The position numbers were made by a program, and so were the translations under genes. Shown in pieces: positions 20,355-29,702 of a stretch of DNA of 64,000 nt. This DNA is from an uncultured Bacilli bacterium (lineage in GTDB: Bacteria; Bacillota_I; Bacilli_A; RF39; UBA660), in contig CAKOJJ010000002.1 of assembly GCA_934089275.1 (NCBI GenBank), positions 10,732 to 74,731 on the forward strand, given 5' to 3'. A model generated the notes under the pieces. That model searched no databases, was not told the DNA's origin, and saw only the letters and a program-made list of their open reading frames with translations. Numbering within the stretch: position 1 is the stretch's first letter; every line of letters starts with the position of its first letter.

Positions 20355-20798
20355 CTAATTAAAAATAAATATTGAAATATTCAAATATAACGCAAATAAT
20401 AACCAAATTATATAAGGAATTTGTAAGTATCCAGCTATTTTATTTTTAGAATACATTTGATAAATCATTATAACCACAAACCAAATTAAAAATATTAATT
20501 CTATTGTTGAAAACAAATAGGTTTTAAACAAAAAAAACAATGGACTCCATAATGAATTTAAAACAAGTTGCATTCCATACACTTTATAAACCTCATTGTC
20601 ATCTTTACTTGATAAATATAAAGAAATACTCATAAGTATATAAAGAATTGTCCAAACAATTGGAAATAATATTTTAGGAGGAAATAAAACTGGTTTAATC
20701 AAATAATCTGTATTAAAATCAATAAAAATAGTAGGTAAAACGGCAACTCCAAAAGTAATTAACAATATAATAATAAATTTTTTCATATTCATCTCCAT
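20355..20798 (-). CDS. tspO: TspO/MBR family tryptophan-rich sensory protein
   Basis: Five TM helices and Trp-rich motifs (PPKILFPIVWTILYILM, NSLWSPLFF). Confidence 0.7.
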   Translation of the reverse strand: MEMNMKKFIIILLITFGVAVLPTIFIDFNTDYLIKPVLFPPKILFPIVWTILYILMSISLYLSSKDDNEVYKVYGMQLVLNSLWSPLFFLFKTYLFSTIELIFLIWFVVIMIYQMYSKNKIAGYLQIPYIIWLLFALYLNISIFIFN

Positions 20799-20827
20799 TA
20801 TTATTATATTTAAATCATTTAAAATTA

Positions 20828-21421
20828 TTATGAGGATCTAATGTGATTTTCAAATTCTTTTTTATATTTTTCAATTGTTTCAGAGACATTAAAGGAATAA
20901 ACACTTGTTAGTATTCCATCAGCTGGATCCACTTCCGTTTTTTCAAGTTTACCACCTAATGCTTCCATAGTTTTACTTGAACCTAAGTTGTCAACATCAC
21001 AAGAAAGCATAATATTCGATAATCCAATTTTTTGAGCCTCAAAAAGACCTAAATACAAGTTTATTTTATTATATCCTTTTCTTCTTTCTGTTGGACGAAT
21101 ACTATATCCAATATTTCCACCAAAGGAAATCATTTCCTTTGGTAGATTCCATCGAACACTTATGGTTCCAACTAACTTATTATCATCTTCTCTAATAAGT
21201 AAAAATGTTTTAGTTTGAGCTCTATGCATACTTTTCGCATATTCTTCATTTTGCATATTTAAACATTTAGTTAATGCTTCTTCAAATGTTAGTCCCGAAA
21301 GAATGTTATCTAAAGAACCCATCCCATTAAGATCTGAATTATAATCCACAAACTCATTAATATAATCAACTATATCCTTTTTTCTTTGAATAGATGGTCT
21401 TTCCAAATAAAACTTGTTCAT
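20828..21421 (-). CDS. GNAT family N-acetyltransferase
   Basis: Acetyl-CoA loop IRPTERRKGYNK and the overall GNAT pattern. Confidence 0.6.
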   Translation of the reverse strand: MNKFYLERPSIQRKKDIVDYINEFVDYNSDLNGMGSLDNILSGLTFEEALTKCLNMQNEEYAKSMHRAQTKTFLLIREDDNKLVGTISVRWNLPKEMISFGGNIGYSIRPTERRKGYNKINLYLGLFEAQKIGLSNIMLSCDVDNLGSSKTMEALGGKLEKTEVDPADGILTSVYSFNVSETIEKYKKEFENHIRSS

Positions 21422-21439
21422 ATATTTCCAATCTATATT

Positions 21440-21673
21440 TTATTCATTACTAGTTAAATCAACATATAATTCAACTAACCCACATTTTGGACAAACTCTT
21501 GCTTTTAAACGTTTTTTAGACATTTTCTTATTACTAAACAACATTTTAGTCCCATTTTGTTCATCATCATAATCTAAAAATATTTGTTCTTCAAATTTAA
21601 TTCCACCAACATAATTAGTATGAAGACTAGAACATTCAATCATTTCAACATTACAATCTTTACATTTTTTCAT
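21440..21673 (-). CDS. small zinc-ribbon protein
   Basis: 77 aa with CKDC...CPKC pairs. Confidence 0.45.
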   Translation of the reverse strand: MKKCKDCNVEMIECSSLHTNYVGGIKFEEQIFLDYDDEQNGTKMLFSNKKMSKKRLKARVCPKCGLVELYVDLTSNE

Positions 21674-21740
21674 TTAAACTCTCCTAATCATTTTATTTTG
21701 TTATATATACTATATCATAAATTATAATTTAATTGTTTTC

Positions 21741-23477
21741 CTATTTCCCTTTTTTTATTTCAGATTCATATAGATGCTTATATTCAGAACATCTATTTAA
21801 CAATTCTTTATGAGTTCCAGAATCTATTATCTTTCCATTTTCAATAAAGAATATTTTATCACAGTTTAATATTGTAGAGAATCTATGTGCTATTATCATG
21901 ATTGTATATTCATTCTTTAAATTATTAATGGCTTCTTGAATTTTACCTTGTGTTTCATTATCCAATGCACTTGTTGCTTCATCAAATAAAATTATTTCCG
22001 TCTTTTGAATTAATGCTCTAGCGATAGCAAGTCTTTGTCTTTGACCGCCAGACAAAGTAACACCACCTTCACCAACTACTGTATTATATTTATTTGGCAA
22101 ACTCTCAATAAAATCATCTAGGCAAGCTAAACGACACGCTTCTTTTATCTCCTTTAATGTTACATCTTCTTTAACAAGCTTCATATTATCAATAATACTC
22201 ATATTAAAGATATAAGGACTTTGAGATATAATTGTTATATTACCCCTAATAGAATCTTCATCTAAATCATTTATTGAATTTCCATCTATAAGAATATCAC
22301 CAGACTCAATATTATACATTTTACACATTAAACTAAAAATCGTTGTTTTGCCACTTCCACTTTTTCCGACAAAACCTACAGTTGTATTAGCATCTACTTT
22401 AAAATTAATATTATCTAATACTTTTAAATCATTATCATAAGAGAACGAAACATTTTTAAATTCAAAATTACCTTTAATATTATCAATATGTTTTTTACCA
22501 AATTCTTCTTTGTTAAATGATTTATTATCTAATAAGGAAAACACTCTTTCAAATGATAAGTTAAAACAATTGGCTTCTTCTAATAAATCGGATATGCTAG
22601 CCATAAAGCTTTGCATAACTCGTTCTCTATAAGAAAATAGTGCAATACTCATCGCGACAGACAACTTGTTACTACTTATTAAATACATAAATAATATAAT
22701 TAAAACAAATTGAAATAATTCTTTTAAACATTCAATAACAAAGTTATAAGAAATATCAACATTACGCATATCTAAATATTTTTGATTTTTTTCTTGAATA
22801 TTTTCATTCAACATATTAACAAATCCACTTTTAGCATTTAACATTTTAACGTCTCTAGCACCTCTAACTAATTCACTTGTTAAACCGGTTACTTTTTCTT
22901 GTTGTTTTCTTTTCTCTTTATCCAGTTTATTTATCTTTTTAGATTTTGATAAATGTAACATAGTTAAAATAACCGAAACCAATAAATAAAAAATAAAAAC
23001 ATACTTGTTAATAATAAATATTGAAATAAATGTACCTACACTCGAAATAATTCCGACTAATTTTCCATAACCAGCAGTAAACATCTTAGCTAGCTCATCA
23101 GTATCTTTTGTCATTCTTTGAACAAAAACACCACTTGAATTATTATCTAAATCTGTTTGAGAAATTTTTAATATTTCACTGCTTAATGATTTTTGTAATT
23201 TTTCGGTAACTCCAACAGTAAACTTTTGAGTGTTTTTTCTTATCAATACCGTCTTTAGTGCATTTATTAATCCTAATACTAAAACAACTAAACTCATAAC
23301 GATTAATTGAACCCAATTGTTATCTGTCAAATATACAAGTTGATTAGCAACTAGAATCGGTAAAGCAATTCCGATGATAATACCAAAAATTGATCCAATT
23401 GTTTCAAGTATTAAACAACTTTTATATTCTTTTCCATACTTATAAACTGTTTTTATGTTTTTAAAAGTTTGTTTCAT
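21741..23477 (-). CDS. ABC exporter, fused permease/ATPase (MsbA/multidrug type)
   Basis: Six-TM N-terminal half. Walker A GKSGSGKTT, signature LSGGQRQR, Walker B ILFDEATSALD. Confidence 0.88.
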   Translation of the reverse strand: MKQTFKNIKTVYKYGKEYKSCLILETIGSIFGIIIGIALPILVANQLVYLTDNNWVQLIVMSLVVLVLGLINALKTVLIRKNTQKFTVGVTEKLQKSLSSEILKISQTDLDNNSSGVFVQRMTKDTDELAKMFTAGYGKLVGIISSVGTFISIFIINKYVFIFYLLVSVILTMLHLSKSKKINKLDKEKRKQQEKVTGLTSELVRGARDVKMLNAKSGFVNMLNENIQEKNQKYLDMRNVDISYNFVIECLKELFQFVLIILFMYLISSNKLSVAMSIALFSYRERVMQSFMASISDLLEEANCFNLSFERVFSLLDNKSFNKEEFGKKHIDNIKGNFEFKNVSFSYDNDLKVLDNINFKVDANTTVGFVGKSGSGKTTIFSLMCKMYNIESGDILIDGNSINDLDEDSIRGNITIISQSPYIFNMSIIDNMKLVKEDVTLKEIKEACRLACLDDFIESLPNKYNTVVGEGGVTLSGGQRQRLAIARALIQKTEIILFDEATSALDNETQGKIQEAINNLKNEYTIMIIAHRFSTILNCDKIFFIENGKIIDSGTHKELLNRCSEYKHLYESEIKKGK

Positions 23478-24031
23478 TTTATCACCCTTTCTAAATTATC
23501 TATTAAATTTCTTATTAAACTTTTTATTTCTTCATCCGTAACTACGATACTTTTACAAGCAATTTGACAGGACAAGCCATGCGTATAGAATCTAACATCA
23601 CGATATAATTTCTTTGCTTGTTCAGGTGTTAAAGAATATTGTTTAGGAATAGAGGTAATAGTTTCAACATTCCAACTTGACGATAATACTTCATCAATTG
23701 TTCTTGAACCCGCTAACTCAGACATAAATAAGGCTTTAAATATTTTCGATTCATTGTAAGCAAAGCTTGCATATGCATAACTTATTGTATAAAGATAATC
23801 ATTCTTATCAACGATTTTATCTATATATAGATCATAATAATCATGAAGATACTTTTTCAATTCGATTTTAAAATTATCCATGTTATTAAAATTTCTAAAT
23901 AATGGTTGAGTGGAACAACCGATATATTTGCATAGATCTCTTGAATTCAATAACTCTATACCAAATTCATTAATATAATCCTTTGCTTTAAGCAAAAACA
24001 TTTCCTTATCGTATTCCACTTTTCTTGCCAT
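23474..24031 (-). CDS. TetR/AcrR family transcriptional regulator
   Basis: HTH LNSRDLCKYIGCSTQPLFRNF. Translationally coupled to the ABC exporter. Confidence 0.8.
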   Translation of the reverse strand: MARKVEYDKEMFLLKAKDYINEFGIELLNSRDLCKYIGCSTQPLFRNFNNMDNFKIELKKYLHDYYDLYIDKIVDKNDYLYTISYAYASFAYNESKIFKALFMSELAGSRTIDEVLSSSWNVETITSIPKQYSLTPEQAKKLYRDVRFYTHGLSCQIACKSIVVTDEEIKSLIRNLIDNLERVIK

Positions 24032-24673
24032 ATAATCACCTCTTCCAATAAAATATCAATTGTTATTTTATTATATGCACAGTGTTCTGTCAACTATAAA
24101 ATAGCAGATGTTATTTTATAATACAAATAGTAATTGATTTAATAAAATATAATTTTAATTTATAACCAAAATACAAAACAAAACATTCTTAACTGAGCAT
24201 TCTTTCACCACTGCTACATTACTAACAAAAGTAGTGCAATATTTGCCGAAAACATGGTATAATTTTAAAGAATAGGAGTAGAGGGAAGTTATAGTTATTA
24301 ATACTAGTATACAAATGATGTTTTTATTTTTTTAACGATAAAATAATGTTGTATTTTATATACCTAGTTGTTTAATTAGCATTATCTAAATAAGAACAGC
24401 AAAAAAAAAATAAATATATGCAAAATTACGTAAATCGCTTTTGAAACATTTAATCGACTAATCTTTAGACTATTCAAGACTTTGGTAAATTTAAATTATA
24501 TGTGTTAAAAACGCATAAAAAGGAGGTATTCTATAAGATTTGTTAAAACTTTTTATATGTAATAAACAATCGATAAAAAAAATCTTTGATTCATTTCAGG
24601 ACTTATTAATTTACTTACATTAATAGTCCTAATACAAGTCTAAATCAAAGATAATAAAAGAAGGAGGAAAATT

Positions 24674-25573
24674 ATGACTTGTTCAAAATGTGGTGCAAAT
24701 AATATTGATGGTTCTAATTTTTGTATTAAGTGTGGTGCAAATCTAAAAGAAATGCCACAAACCATTCAGACTAACAATGCACCTAGTCAAAATTTACAAC
24801 AAATGAACGTACAACAAGAACAACCAATAAATAGTCAACAATTAGAAAATACTCAACAACCAACATATAACCAACCAATTCAACAATCAAATGCTAATAC
24901 AAGTGCTAGCACTTCTCCATTAAACTATTTAATGTATATTATAGCTGTTATGATAAAACCATTTAAAAGTTTTAAAGAAGAAGAAACTAAATTAAATGAT
25001 ACTAAAACATCATTAATTTTAGCACTAATTATGTCAGGTGCAATGACTATTATAAATTTAATAAAAACAATATTTTCAACTGTAAGAGTTGCAAGCTATA
25101 GTTGGACAAGTGGTTACACTTATTCATGGCAATGGGATAATTTAAAAAATATTAAATGGATTGAAGTTATTGGTAAAAACTTCTTAATATATGCCTGTGT
25201 TCTTTTAGCAATTGCATTAATATTCTATTTAGGAAGTTTAATCATAAAGAAACAATTAAGTTTTATAAAATCTTTATCAATTGCTTCTACTTCAGTAATT
25301 CCTGCTATTATATGTGGAATGATTATTTCTCCATTAGCAGGAAAAATATGGAGTCCATTAAGTATTGTATTTATTGCTGTTGGTGGAGTTTATTCATTTA
25401 TTATCCTTTATGAATTAATGAATGAAGAGTTAAAATTAGACGGTGATAAAAAGATTTACTTTAATCTAATATGTCTTGGAATATTAACTATTGCTGGATA
25501 TTATGCATTTATGAAATTATTCATGAGTTCATTGACAAGTGAATTAGGTGGACTTTTAGATTTATTTAAATAA
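24674..25573 (+). CDS. zinc-ribbon / Gln-rich linker / Yip1-like polytopic membrane protein
   Basis: N-terminal CSKCG...CIKCG ribbon, a Q-rich low-complexity linker and 5 TM helices. Strong RBS GAAGGAGGA. Confidence 0.6.
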   Translation: MTCSKCGANNIDGSNFCIKCGANLKEMPQTIQTNNAPSQNLQQMNVQQEQPINSQQLENTQQPTYNQPIQQSNANTSASTSPLNYLMYIIAVMIKPFKSFKEEETKLNDTKTSLILALIMSGAMTIINLIKTIFSTVRVASYSWTSGYTYSWQWDNLKNIKWIEVIGKNFLIYACVLLAIALIFYLGSLIIKKQLSFIKSLSIASTSVIPAIICGMIISPLAGKIWSPLSIVFIAVGGVYSFIILYELMNEELKLDGDKKIYFNLICLGILTIAGYYAFMKLFMSSLTSELGGLLDLFK

Positions 25574-25680
25574 TATATTTTAGTTGTATACATTATACTG
25601 ATTTAAAACTAATCTATATAGAATAAAAAGGCAACTAATATCTTTGTTGCCTTTTATTAATAAAGAAAGGGAGGAAAAAT

Positions 25681-28512
25681 ATGTTTTGTCCAAAATGTGG
25701 TACTAATTTACCAGAAGAATCCGAATTTTGTTCAAACTGTGGAACAAATTTAAAAGATATTCAAACAAATCAAGACAATGTAAATGAACAATATAACAAC
25801 ATTGAACAATCTCCAACTAATAATCAAACTAAAGAAGAAACTACAACAGAAATGATTTCTGAAAAAAGTAAGAAAATTTTTAATCCAATTATAAACAACA
25901 TCAAACTATTTATTTCAAAATATAAAAAACAACTTTTGATAGGTGTTGGAAGTTTAGTAGTAATTATTGCATTAGTTATTACATATAAACAATTATATGG
26001 ATTCGAAAGTTTAAAATGGAACAAGGAATATGAAGATTATAACTTAAAATATATAAGTCAAAGTAACGTTAAACTTGGAATAAAATTTTCTGATGAAAAA
26101 AAACTTGATAAATTAAAAGTTAAAACAACTTGTGGTGAAAGTGAAATAACTGGTTCTGAATTAAATTGGAATTTAACTGAAGCATTAGGAGAATGCAAAG
26201 TAGATATAAGCTACAAACTAAAGAAAATAAGTAAAAAATTTACTATTATAAATCCTTTTGCTGATAAACAAGAATTATCATTGAATTATGAAATAGATAA
26301 TGATTCGGATGAAGATTTAGATTTAGATGGTTTAACTAACAAGCAAGAAAAAGAATATGGAACTGATCCTCAATTGTCCGATTCTGATATGGATGGATTA
26401 GATGATTATTACGAAATTTTTACAAGTAAAACTGATCCATTAAAAGCCGATACCGATGGTGATGGACTAAGTGATTTTGATGAAATAGAATTAGGTCTTG
26501 ATCCATTAAAAGCCGATTCTAAAGGTGATGGTATAAAAGACGGTAATAGAAAAGTTTCTTACTCTGTTAAGAACGAAAAAAATGGTATTACTTTAGAAAT
26601 ATCTGGAACAGGCAACATTGCTAGTTCCACGATCGATACTTCTAAGAATTCAACATTTAAAGAAATGAGTGGATTATTAGATACTGTGTACAATTTTTAT
26701 ACTTCAGGAAAAATAGAAACAGCAACAGTAACTATACCTTATTCACTAGAAGACTTAACAACTCAAAAATTAAATGAAGATAATCTTACGCTTTACTATT
26801 TTAATGAAAAAACAAAAGAATTAGAAGCTATGCCAACAACTGTTGATAAAGAGAATAAAAAAGTTACAGTTACATTAAAACATTTTTCAAAATATGTTTT
26901 AGGAGATAGCAATGTAGTTTTAACTAAATCAAATAATCAAATAATGATGGTTATAGATAATTCCGTTTCAATGTATACTTACTCACAACTTACATCTTTA
27001 GGTTATACAAAAATAACAGGAGCAGACGGCAACGATAGTAATTTTAAACGATTATCATTAACAAACAATTTAATTGATATGTTTACAGGAAATTATAATT
27101 TCGGAATAAGTGAATTTGCCGGTAATTATATTAATAAACAAAAGTTTACTGATAATAAAGAGTCAGCAAAAAAAGCTGTTAATGCAATAAAAAATGATAT
27201 TGAAAAAATTGGAAATGGAACAAATATTGTAAATGCTCTTACAAACGGTATTAACGAATTTAAAAAAGATGAAAATAACCACTACTTAATATTATTAACT
27301 GATGGAAAAGATACATCTACATATAATACTTTATCTTCAAATAAAACATCAATCATTAACAAAGCTAAAGCTAAAGATGTAAAAATTTGTGTAATCGGTT
27401 TAGGAACAAAAATAGATACTGACGATCTTAACACTATTGCAGAAGGTACTGGATGTGATTATTATAACGCAAGTGATGCTGAAGCTTTAGACGAAATATA
27501 TTCGATTATAGGAGCAGATATAAATTATAATTTAGTAGATGTAGATGGTGACGGAAATGTAGATGGAACAGTAATTGCTGACAGTGGTTTTATAGTAACT
27601 AAAAACGGATTCTCTTTTCCTAATTATGGAACTAATTTATCAAGTGGTGGACATTGCTATGGAATGGCTACTATAGCAGAACTTTACTACACAAAGAAAT
27701 TACCATTAAGCTTTAATACTAAAACAGTAAAAGATCAAACATCATATGCATATGATTTAAATAAAACATATTTTGCTAATTACAGTAATTTATATGATTA
27801 TAAATTAAAAACTAGTGTTTTAAAAAATACATTTGGATTTAATACTTTTGGAGAAGAAAAACCAAAAGATTATATGACTTTATCTGGCAACACTCTAGTT
27901 TATAGTGAAAAATTCAAAGAAGAATTAAACAACTCTGAAATGTATGATATCTCAGTAAGCAAATCTGCATTAGATTCAAAAAGTCAACTAGAAAAATGGG
28001 GAGTTAATTACAAAGAAGCAGAAAATGCTTTATTAAACGAAGATAAAATGCAAACAAGTAATATGATAGAAAACTCTGATAAACAAATAATAAATGCTAT
28101 TTATGCAGGTTTTATAAAACAAGATGCAACGGATCATTATTCTTCATCTTCAAACTTCCTTATATGGGCAAGAAACGTTTTTGGATCTGAATCATCGAAA
28201 AAACTAAACTCAGCAGCATTTATTGAATTATTAAGAGATAGACTAGATAGTGGAGATGTACCTGTAATATTTGGATCATTTAGTGGAGGTCTTCATGCAA
28301 TAAATGCAATTAGCCTTGTTCAAGATAATACTGATTCTAATCATTATTACATTGGTGTTTATGATAATAATTATCCAGGTGAAAAAAGATATGTTGACGT
28401 TCAATGTAATAAGAAAACATGTGTAACAAAAGCAAATAATTATTACACAAAATCTAAAGAACCAATACGTATTACTATGTCATTAGATGAAGATTTAAAA
28501 TATTTTAAATAA
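25681..28512 (+). CDS. large surface protein: zinc ribbon, TM helix, thrombospondin-type-3-like Ca-binding repeats, vWA domain, C-terminal putative cysteine-peptidase-like domain
   Basis: CPKCG..CSNCG ribbon; TM helix at about residues 85-105; DxDxDGxxDxxE repeats (DSDMDGLDDYYE, DTDGDGLSDFDE); vWA MIDAS motif MMVIDNSVSM; DVDGDGNVDG; then GGHCYGMA ... GGLHAINAI. Confidence 0.6.
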   Translation: MFCPKCGTNLPEESEFCSNCGTNLKDIQTNQDNVNEQYNNIEQSPTNNQTKEETTTEMISEKSKKIFNPIINNIKLFISKYKKQLLIGVGSLVVIIALVITYKQLYGFESLKWNKEYEDYNLKYISQSNVKLGIKFSDEKKLDKLKVKTTCGESEITGSELNWNLTEALGECKVDISYKLKKISKKFTIINPFADKQELSLNYEIDNDSDEDLDLDGLTNKQEKEYGTDPQLSDSDMDGLDDYYEIFTSKTDPLKADTDGDGLSDFDEIELGLDPLKADSKGDGIKDGNRKVSYSVKNEKNGITLEISGTGNIASSTIDTSKNSTFKEMSGLLDTVYNFYTSGKIETATVTIPYSLEDLTTQKLNEDNLTLYYFNEKTKELEAMPTTVDKENKKVTVTLKHFSKYVLGDSNVVLTKSNNQIMMVIDNSVSMYTYSQLTSLGYTKITGADGNDSNFKRLSLTNNLIDMFTGNYNFGISEFAGNYINKQKFTDNKESAKKAVNAIKNDIEKIGNGTNIVNALTNGINEFKKDENNHYLILLTDGKDTSTYNTLSSNKTSIINKAKAKDVKICVIGLGTKIDTDDLNTIAEGTGCDYYNASDAEALDEIYSIIGADINYNLVDVDGDGNVDGTVIADSGFIVTKNGFSFPNYGTNLSSGGHCYGMATIAELYYTKKLPLSFNTKTVKDQTSYAYDLNKTYFANYSNLYDYKLKTSVLKNTFGFNTFGEEKPKDYMTLSGNTLVYSEKFKEELNNSEMYDISVSKSALDSKSQLEKWGVNYKEAENALLNEDKMQTSNMIENSDKQIINAIYAGFIKQDATDHYSSSSNFLIWARNVFGSESSKKLNSAAFIELLRDRLDSGDVPVIFGSFSGGLHAINAISLVQDNTDSNHYYIGVYDNNYPGEKRYVDVQCNKKTCVTKANNYYTKSKEPIRITMSLDEDLKYFK

Positions 28513-28538
28513 AAGTAATATTTTTGCAATTACAAAAA

Positions 28539-28565
28539 CAGACAAGTAAATGTCTGCTTTTTGTT
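28539..28565 (+). terminator. rho-independent terminator
   Basis: CAGACA-agtaaa-TGTCTG followed by CTTTTTG. Confidence 0.5.
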
Positions 28566-28710
28566 TACAATAAAAACGTTTTCAACAATTATAAAAATCA
28601 CGTCAATGTAAATTGCTACAGCATTGTCTCTAAACCACAAAACTTTTTAAATGTCATACATTTGACTACATTCTTCTATAATACGCTTTGCTAATTATTT
28701 ATATCTAAGA

Positions 28711-29169
28711 TTATTTGTTTTTTAATGACATTTCATATATTATTCTTTGTCTATTAAAGCCAATATGTTCATACATTTTTAAAGCATTGTCATTAAACAT
28801 CCAACAATTTAATTCAATTCTATCACAATTATTTTTCAATGCTATATTTCTTACTTCTTCCATTAATTTTTTGCCTAAACCTTTTCCTCTATAATTTCTA
28901 TCTATTATCAATTGATCGACATCTAATTTTTTTGAATGTTTTTCTTTTATCTTATATGAAAGATAACCAACTATAATATCATCATCAAGAATTACTATTG
29001 TGGATAATTCTTCAAAATTTTTTATTAAATCTTCCTTTAATGTTTCATCAGAAATATTAGCAAAAATATCGGGTCTTCCATTTTGATGATATCTATAACC
29101 TTCAATAAAAACATCTAATAATCCTTTATTTAAATCATCAATTGTTGCTTCTCTAATTATATTATTCAT
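28711..29169 (-). CDS. GNAT family N-acetyltransferase
   Basis: Motif A DRNYRGKGLGKKLMEE; 152 aa. Confidence 0.75.
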   Translation of the reverse strand: MNNIIREATIDDLNKGLLDVFIEGYRYHQNGRPDIFANISDETLKEDLIKNFEELSTIVILDDDIIVGYLSYKIKEKHSKKLDVDQLIIDRNYRGKGLGKKLMEEVRNIALKNNCDRIELNCWMFNDNALKMYEHIGFNRQRIIYEMSLKNK

Positions 29170-29334
29170 AAACTCAGCTCCTATTCAAATTATATCATAC
29201 TTTTCTATGACAGTGATTCAAAGCCTCTATAAACAGTGAAAATGTTGTGTTCCTTTTACTTTTCTTTCTTTATAAGTTTTAGATACTTTATCACAACATA
29301 TTTAAATTATATTTACTTAATTTTATGCATAGAA

Positions 29335-29358
29335 AAAGCCTTTATTTAAAGGCTTTTA
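29335..29358 (-). terminator. terminator hairpin directly after the SEC-C gene remnant
   Basis: AAAAGCCTTTA-tt-TAAAGGCTTTT, a perfect stem with A/T runs on both sides. Confidence 0.6.
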
Positions 29359-29359
29359 A

Positions 29360-29407
29360 CTATTTTCCACAACATTGCTTATATTTTTTTCCTGAGCCAC
29401 ATGGATA
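29360..29407 (-). pseudogene. orphan 3' end (last 15 codons) of a SEC-C (SecA-type metal-binding) motif gene
   Basis: Minus strand reads TAG|YPCGSGKKYKQCCGK|TAG, a textbook SEC-C motif. A stop lies immediately upstream, and none of the three frames upstream continues the gene. Confidence 0.55.
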
Positions 29408-29419
29408 CTATTTTGCTAT

Positions 29420-29540
29420 CACTCGGCTTCACTTTGTTGCATTTTTCCCTTTAAATTCGCACTTTTTTGCACTCGATTACACTTGGTTACACTTGGCTTT
29501 TATAGCAGAAAGTATCTAAAAACGTATCTAAAAGTATCTC
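29420..29540. repeat. array of helically phased short direct repeats (candidate recombinase arm-type / architectural protein sites)
   Basis: CACT at 29420, 29430, 29460, 29470, 29480 and 29490 (CATT at 29440). Tandem TTACACTTGG x2 at 29477-29496. GCACT-N5-GCACT. GTATCT at 29512, 29524 and 29534. Confidence 0.6.
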
Positions 29541-29643
29541 GATTATGGTTAAATGTTGGTGCTAACATTCTTTAACTCATTGAGTATTATACCATATTTT
29601 TATTTAAGTTTCTACATTTCAAATAATAATCTTTTCCACAATG

Positions 29644-29676
29644 ACTTGACTTTTAGCTGATAATAAGTGATTAATA
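29644..29676 (+). promoter_or_regulatory. promoter-like block P1 (ACTTGACTT-N11-TAAGTGATTAATA)
   Basis: Contains TTGACT (29646-29651) and an A/T-rich -10-like region about 27 nt upstream of the ATG at 29703. Near-identical block at 33673-33705. Confidence 0.5.
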
Positions 29677-29702
29677 TAACAAAATTAGAAAAGGAGGAAA
29701 AA

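Noticed and set aside
29325-29519. 64-aa plus-strand ORF across the junction region
   Set aside because: It has no RBS and implausible composition. It overlaps the terminator, the SEC-C remnant on the other strand and the phased repeats, so this is better read as noncoding att-arm DNA.
29170-29700. A tRNA or tmRNA gene as the prophage attachment site
   Set aside because: There is no GC-rich, cloverleaf-capable segment in the junction region. The only gene-like relic is the SEC-C tail.
29667-29702. GTG-initiated N-terminal extensions of the 29667 and 33696 ORFs (both begin GTGATTAATA)
   Set aside because: The shared GTGATTAATA is part of the conserved promoter-like block. Strong RBS and ATG pairs lie downstream at 29703 and 33729.
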